DNA of 64,000 nucleotides from Neoechinorhynchus agilis (taxonomy: Eukaryota; Animalia; Acanthocephala): the NCBI GenBank assembly GCA_051530055.1, contig CM121343.1, forward strand, positions 838,389-902,388, read 5' to 3'. A program made the position numbers and the translations under genes. The notes beneath the pieces are model-generated. The model was given only the letters and a program-made list of their open reading frames with translations. It did not search any database and was not told where the DNA came from. This document shows positions 57,401 to 64,000 of this stretch, in pieces; position 1 is the first letter of the stretch; every line of letters begins with the position of its first letter.

Positions 57401-60400
57401 CGGAGACATTATCCAGTCTTACAAGAAGAAGATTGTTTGATGCAAGTTTAGAGACAGAATTTCGTCTGTTTGAATCTTTTATTAACGACGTTGTGGTGCA
57501 TCCTACTTCTATTCGGGAACGGAGCGTATCGTCAATTTCTGGCGTACGTCTTCAATTTAACGTGTTTGTGTGGATGAGCATCCATCAATTCAAATTTTCT
57601 ACTCACATAGGTGATCTACGGGTGAACTGTGCGATAGACTCACTGAGAAGCTCCTTGACACTAAAGAGAACTGTAATGTCAACGGGCATTTTCGAGAATA
57701 CGCAGAACCCGAGGGCTGGATCCAGTTTACCGTATACAATGCAACAAACATGCCACTCTTCTCCATACACAGGATCATTATGTTTGGTTTTGAGATCCAC
57801 AAGTTTGTGCATGCGCGACATCCGGGATTTCGATCTTCCTGTACTGTCATTCTTTATCGCTGAAACGAGAGTATTTTCGAGTGCAAACTGCGAAGAGCAA
57901 CGATTATGGAACGAAAACGGGCAACGGGTCGCAGTCAGCGCACTTGCTGATCTTGTAACTGTTGACGTACCTTTGGTTATCCTCGATATCCACAGATTAG
58001 TGACCAAACACACTGAGCGAATTGCCACTAGCATGATGGAGTATTTTGTTCCAATTCCCAAAACAAACGAGGAAGTCATACCTGATAGTGCAATGGGAGC
58101 AACAACTCCATCGTCCACGACATCACACCTTACGCACCAGACCACTTCGCTGACGTGGATGTCTATGGGCACCGTATCCTTTAATGTTCAACTGCAAGGC
58201 CTTCGTCTAGCCGATAGTTTACATAGCAATTTGAAAGCTGAATACAAAGTCGGCTTAATTGAAGGAAACGGGATTGTTAGTAAAGTGATTGGAACGGATT
58301 TTTACGTCAACGAACATGCCCTCAAGTTCCTATATAAACTTGGTGAGCCAGAAAGTGAAACGACGATCTCTTTTCCACCTTGCAAGCTGCATGTGAAACG
58401 GGAAGATAATATCATTGCTACTGACTTATTAGATCTAGTGCTGGAAATTGAACGATTAAGGCACACAATGTCGGTGGACGTGCTTGCAGAACTTTTATTC
58501 GTTCTTCGATTATTCTGGAAAAGCGTTTCTAAGATCTTTAAAAAAATAGATGTTCAAAAACTTATATCCAAATTTGCAGGCGAAACTACTTCCTTGCAGC
58601 AACAGCTTTCTCACAGACAAGACGTTAAGTATCGATGCGGAATTAATATGCAGGGCGTCGAAATTACATGCCGCACATCGACTTATACTGCAGTTCGGTT
58701 GGAGAGTGGCACTGTTCCAATCAAGATATTGATCACAAATTGGTCGGACGGTCATTACGTGCCAAATAAGCATATTGTCAATGCATCTTTTGGAATATTA
58801 ATGGGATTGGGACAACTTATTTATTCTGCTGCATCTTGCGCGAATCCCTTGTTCCAGCAATCGGCTTATTTTAGAACTTGCGTTCAACTGCAAAACAAAC
58901 AAATAGCTCCTGATAAAGACGTTATCTATATCGATGTTACCCGTCCGCTTTTTTATTTGCAACCGGGTGGATTGGACTGCGCGATACTGTTTTATGTGAG
59001 TTATCGAAACTCTTACGATTATTGCCTTGAGCAGCGCGCAAGCACTTTAGATGGCACGTCTAATCTCATCACTACGTCCGAAATGGTCGACGCGGAAAAG
59101 TGTCAATCACCGATATTAGCAACTCGTATAGGATCGCAAAAATCAAGCAGATTATCGCAACTCACAATCAGTTTAAATATTGTTAACCTTGGTATAGCCT
59201 TTCGCCTCTTTCAAAAGCCTCTTGTACAAATTGGCGATCTTGATGCGGCCAATACCGTAGTGTTCACATTAGATCGAACCTCAATTAGTGGCGCTGTTTT
59301 TGGGAAGCTTGTTCTCGCTGGTAGTTTCGCTGGATTTTGCTTACGATTTGCTGATAATTTCGTGGCAACCTATGATAATTGGCGGGGTGGAATTGGCAGC
59401 TATGGTTCGGCAAATGACGTTTCCATTGACTTGCAATTAATGAATTCATGGCGTGTTCCTTTTGGATCTTATGAAATCTATTCTCGAACAGAACGAGGCG
59501 AAATTACGCATCATCCTTTCTGGAACCTTATAATCAGTTGGAAAATGAAAGGAATCGCAATAGATCTTGATCCATCCATCGGTTACAACCTCGCACTATT
59601 AGGAAACGCTTTAGCTCATAAGACAGCAGCGCTCATAAAGTTGGCTGTAGATTTTTTTATATGTAAAGAAAGTTATACAGAAGGAAAATCTCTAATGCTC
59701 CCTTTGCTTACATATTGATTTATGTCCATAAAGCTACTTAGTTTATCTAAAACTTTTTTAGTCGGCCCCTATCGGGAATTGTTTTTCGTCCTTTTATGAA
59801 AACATTTTGGTGACACTATCAAAATTTAAGTCTAGTATTCGTTGTTTTCTGGCACGAAGAAATTAAATGATGATTTTATTTTAAAATCCGATATTTTGGC
59901 ATAATCTTGTACGTCTTTATCAAGGCTGCTTGTAAGTTTTCAAATATTACAAGCAATCTTGATAAACGCGTACAAGATTGTGGTTCCGAAACCAATCGGA
60001 TTTTCAAATAAAATCATCATTTAATTTCTTCGTGCCAGAAAACAACCACTATGAACAATTTAATCTTCAAGCAGTCTAGTATTCGTTGTAATCTTACATT
60101 CAGAAATCATTCACGTTCATTTTTATGAATGTCGCTGTTTACCGGCTTTGCGAGATGTGACGAAAACGACGATGAATGCTCCGATGTTGACTTTGATTCT
60201 GTCCAGGAAACCTACTCAGCGTGTTGCCAAACGGTCTTTGCAAAGAACTGTAGAGATTCAGTTTCGAATAAAAGTAAAGAGGAGTTCCGAGGGATCATTC
60301 GTAATCTTGAAAAGAAAATCGAGCAACTGAGAAAATCAGGTGGAACACAAGACGAGATTGATACTAATCTACGCCAGTTGAGATTATTCGAGGAACGATT

Positions 60401-63349
60401 GATGGGAAATTTTATAAAGGGTCTACATGATTTATTTAAAAGTAAGCAAATATTGAATGTCGTCGACGGAGGCGAGCTCGACAAGTTTGGAATTGGTAGT
60501 CGAGCAAGGAGCCATACTAAAAACGCTCAGCAGCCACCTGCTGCAGTCAATTTTCAGTTACAGCTTCAACTTCACATCGAAAGCGGTCTTGCGATTCTTC
60601 ACCCTGATATATTTTGCGAAAAACTCGAGGACACAGGAGCCACGCTCTCTCAGCAAAAGAAAAGGATGCGTGATGAACAAGAGCGTAGTGAATTCGAATT
60701 ACCCGGTATATTGGTAAATGCCAAATACTCCTCTGTTTATCCTGAAACATTCGATCTGTGTGGTCATGGTGAATTTTTTCAAGGCCGTTACGCTAATCTT
60801 TACTGTCAATGTTTTGTTCAATCAATGTCCAATTGTATGATGTTGAATCCTCAGGTTTTGGATTTCTTTGACCGAATGATAGAGGGAATGAGGAAGCCGG
60901 ACGATCGAAAACCTCAAACGACCACATCTGCTTCCGTTTTGTCAGTGGAAGATCCTAAAACTCCTCCGTTTTTTATGAACGTTGTAGTTAGCGTAGCGAT
61001 TGAACCAAGTATTATCTTGCTTACCTGCCATCCGCATTCCCGGATGGAATGTGAATTGCGATCTCCATCGATCGATTTTGTCTTTACTCGTACTGCCCCC
61101 GTAGAACAAAAACAGCTATTGAGATTCAAACGAAAAGGAGAAAGTGCAGGATTGGCTTCGAATTCTATCTTTCATTGTTCTGTACGCGCTAAGGACTTCA
61201 GAGTAAAAATATATCACCCATATGTGAGCACAAGAATACCGAGCGTTGGAGTTAGTCATGACAGATCCGACGGGAACACTGCATCTTCCCGAATAAAAGC
61301 TGGCGCTCTCAGCAGAAGCGCGCTGGTGCTTTCAGTTTCGTCAGCTCTATGCAATATTGGTCGATTTCGAAACGTGAGTTATAGTGGTTCATGCATTGAA
61401 CAGGATGTCCACGTCGCTGCCGTCTTTAGAATTGGTAAATCTTCATTTGACTACGATGTAAGGAAACTTCAGGAGATCTTGTGCTTCCCTCGAGCGTGGT
61501 ACAATAAATCGCTCATGAGGAAATTGTTCATTGGAGATGAAGGACGCAGAGAATCGAAAAATATCACACCCAATACCACGTCCGGTGCAAATAATTGCTG
61601 GTGCACTCGAGTGTCCTTTACTGGATGCATTGAACAAGTACACATTAATATGAAAATGAGCAACATAATGGGTATTGTTTCATGGCTCACACAACAATTA
61701 CATACTATCGGTAGCATTCGTTTGGATAGCTACCATAATCGCGAGATCGATATCGAGACTTATTTTGAATCCTCCCGCTTTGTCGCCGAGCAAGGTATCA
61801 TTGGTGGAAAGTCAGAGATCGTTGATATGTGGGTCAGATTCCTCACTAACGAGAAACGACCACGTGTGGCTGACTACGCTTTGAAAGCAAACTTAGACCA
61901 TTCATTCTGAACCTTCCCTCTTTTTACTGTTTTGTACTTATCGTTCTGATGGCGATCGAAAATTCCCAATTCTCAAATAATTGTATGGACATTGTACGTT
62001 GCTATCTTTCTACCGCTCTCGTTTTCTAGTTGTAAATCACGTATTCTAACGAAATGTCATGAACGATGCCTACACAAAGATTTTGAATTTTCACTTATAA
62101 AAAAAGGTTCAGAACGACTGGTACAGGTGGATTTGAGCTCCGACTTGATCATATGACGGAGTGCATAATGCTATGCCGTATAGTCCAAATCGAGTTAAAT
62201 ATTTTGAATGCGATGACCACCGAGCAAGGCGTTTACAAGTGTGAATTGGATCTGAACTTTAACAATGCGGAAGCAATGATAAACGCCTCTACTGGTCCTG
62301 ATCTAATGCGAATGTTTGACAAACTTCGCGAATTTTGTAAGCAACAGCTACAATCCAGTCGGTCTATACTGTATATGTTGAAACCGGAAACTTCTTCGAG
62401 TAGTGTGAAATCCACATCTTTACGTAAAAAAAACTTGCCAAAAATCAAAAATCGCCTTGGGATTTGTGATAAGGGCAATCTAAAGGTAAAAACTACACAC
62501 GGTTCCTTGGCAGTATTCCATGGCATGAATTTTAAAGCGAGGCAATGGGCTGTTTTTTCTACAACAAACGCGACTCTAGAATTTGAAGTGAGCCGAGAGG
62601 GTCCCAATGAGCTAGTTCAGCGTTTAAATTTGAACCTGGGCAATGTAGAAACAATGGGAAGGTCGGCACTTATTTACCGAGTTATCAAAGGGGCATTGAC
62701 CCCTTCTCAGTCGTCGGACATTCGCGACTGGTTTGATTATGCACTCCAATCCGCGCTGAATCCATCGTCCATGCACTCGTATGATCAGACAACCGAGCCA
62801 ATTTTCGTAGTGCCACAGTCGCAGTTCAATCTCATTCACCGGGTCATCGATAATAATCGCGTAATTTGCAACTTTCGATCCACGTTTGCCACACATGCAT
62901 TGTTCACGTTCAACGCAGATCATTACATGTTCCTGCATGATCTAATCATTCGATACATGAGCGAAAAATCGATTGCCCGATGTTCACTCAGAAGTGCTGA
63001 TTCAAAACGACAATCTGAAAAAAGTCAGTCCCAAACATCTACCATGTCACTCTTGACGCCCATCGATTCAATTAGCATGAGCGAATTGAGCGATGATATC
63101 AGAGTATATGAGTGTCCTTCTGGTCATTGGAAGCTTGAGCCGAATATAAGACTGATTGCTCCTTACGGTAGTGAAGTTGAGCCAGTCGGAGCCGACAAAC
63201 TTTTAGCGAAACTGGGGTTTAAACATGCTAGAATAACTATACCGAAATGGATTCAGCGCAGTATTATGGATAGCAGCTACGCAGTTATCACGACTATCAC
63301 TGATTCGGTAATATTATTATTGCTGCCAGAATGGATGACTAGGGAATGA
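51455..63349 (+). CDS. BLTP1: Bridge-like lipid transfer protein 1 (KIAA1109/Tweek/Csf1 family), ~3,625 aa; proposed exons 51455-57070, 57337-59620, 60142-61896, 62127-63349
   Basis: N-terminal hydrophobic anchor; recalled family motifs (WHDVQVW, LLRYLWFFKDNYFG, EYAWIVEVIIG, FCLRFADNF, WKMKGIAIDLDPSIG, CFPRAWYNKSLMRKLFIG, WKLEPNIRLI, LGFKHARITIPKWIQR) spread in order over four ORFs; proposed exons sum to 10,878 nt, divisible by 3. Confidence 0.9.
57071..57336 (+). other. 266-nt TA-flanked inverted-repeat insert (non-canonical intron candidate 1 of BLTP1)
   Basis: 21-nt terminal inverted repeats (16/21 match); removal gives NIPL|ARLAIQI in frame. Confidence 0.65.
59621..60141 (+). other. 521-nt TA-flanked inverted-repeat insert (non-canonical intron candidate 2 of BLTP1)
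   Basis: ~20-nt terminal inverted repeats (16 matches, 4 transitions, 1 gap); removal gives GNALAHTGF in frame; an AG..AT alternative (59613-60130) also restores frame. Confidence 0.55.
59841..60046. mobile_element. 206-bp foldback element nested in BLTP1 insert 2
   Basis: 50-bp outer arms with 1 mismatch (GTTGTTTTCTGGCACGAAG...AAAATCCG), plus inner arms AATCTTGTACG..TTTATCAAG and TGCTTGTAA. Confidence 0.85.
61897..62126 (+). other. 230-nt AG-flanked inverted-repeat insert (non-canonical intron candidate 3 of BLTP1)
   Basis: 19-nt terminal inverted repeats (17/19 match); removal gives KANL|GGFELRLDHM in frame. Confidence 0.7.
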
Positions 63350-64000
63350 ACAAGCCGATCGAATCATAAACTCGGCTATATGTAAATGTCGTTGCCATGT
63401 ATGCGCTTGTATCTTTTATTTTGATTTGCAATCAACGTGCTAATTTGGCTTTTGTGTAAAAATATGGATACAATATGTGAGTATGTTTTTGATCAAGCTA
63501 TTTAATCACTTTTTAAGACTTTACTTGAGACCAAGTGATCTTTGTGTTTCATCAATTGGATTCCTCATAAATGCACTCGGCTCTTGCAAACCCCTTGTTG
63601 AAAATAAAATCTTTAAAAAAAGAATGCGGCATAGACTTTAACGTTCTTTGCGAGTGAAACGCCGAGGTCTCAATGCAATGTAGAAGGCTTGTCCGTTAAT
63701 CAACAAGAAAACATCGGAGTTTGTGTTTATTCGCCCAAAACTCAACAACTAAGGCGAATAGTTCGCCACTAAAAAATCGGCGGAGGAACCATCAATGCCT
63801 TTAAATAGGAACTCTAAAGTCGTTCCCTTTTCACATGAGCAAAGCACTCGTAATCCTAATCTCTCCCCCCCTCATTTTTTCATACCATCAACCGAAATGA
63901 AAAGGAAAAATTTTGCTTAATTTATTTACAACGATTACAATTTATTCCTGTGAACTTCTTGACGTTGCCAGTATACTGGCAGCGTTCCTTCGCTGTATCG

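Noticed and set aside
57322-60131. TGA-ATG stop/start adjacency at two BLTP1 ORF starts as reinitiation, readthrough or an altered genetic code
   Set aside because: Consecutive ORFs are in different frames, and TGAATG is part of the insert terminal repeat.
52419-62938. Many overlapping and antisense ORFs inside BLTP1
   Set aside because: Expected shadow ORFs of a long coding sequence.

Overview
Eukaryotic, AT-rich, compact animal genome window; not prokaryotic, no CRISPR, rRNA or tRNA seen. Recognisable genes: paired-like homeobox, TINAG-like pseudoprotease, MOSPD2-like CRAL-TRIO/MSP gene, Pmp3-family proteolipid, AMPK alpha, BUD31, ITFG2 (largely missed by the ORF track) and a ~3,600-aa BLTP1/KIAA1109. 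These are interspersed with two satellites (113 bp and 181 bp units), Penelope-like relics and several hairpin/MITE-like elements. Ordinary introns are short GT-AG (33-57 nt). Main finding: four inserts (one in AMPK, three in BLTP1) interrupt conserved coding sequence, break the reading frame and lack convincing GT-AG ends at the positions homology requires. Each is bounded by degenerate ~20-bp terminal inverted repeats and a duplicated dinucleotide (TA in three, AG in one). Removing the insert plus one dinucleotide copy restores the frame and, clearest in AMPK, the conserved motif. They look like transposon-derived non-canonical introns, or DNA-level excised elements. All homology calls are from my recall of the protein families, not from database searches.
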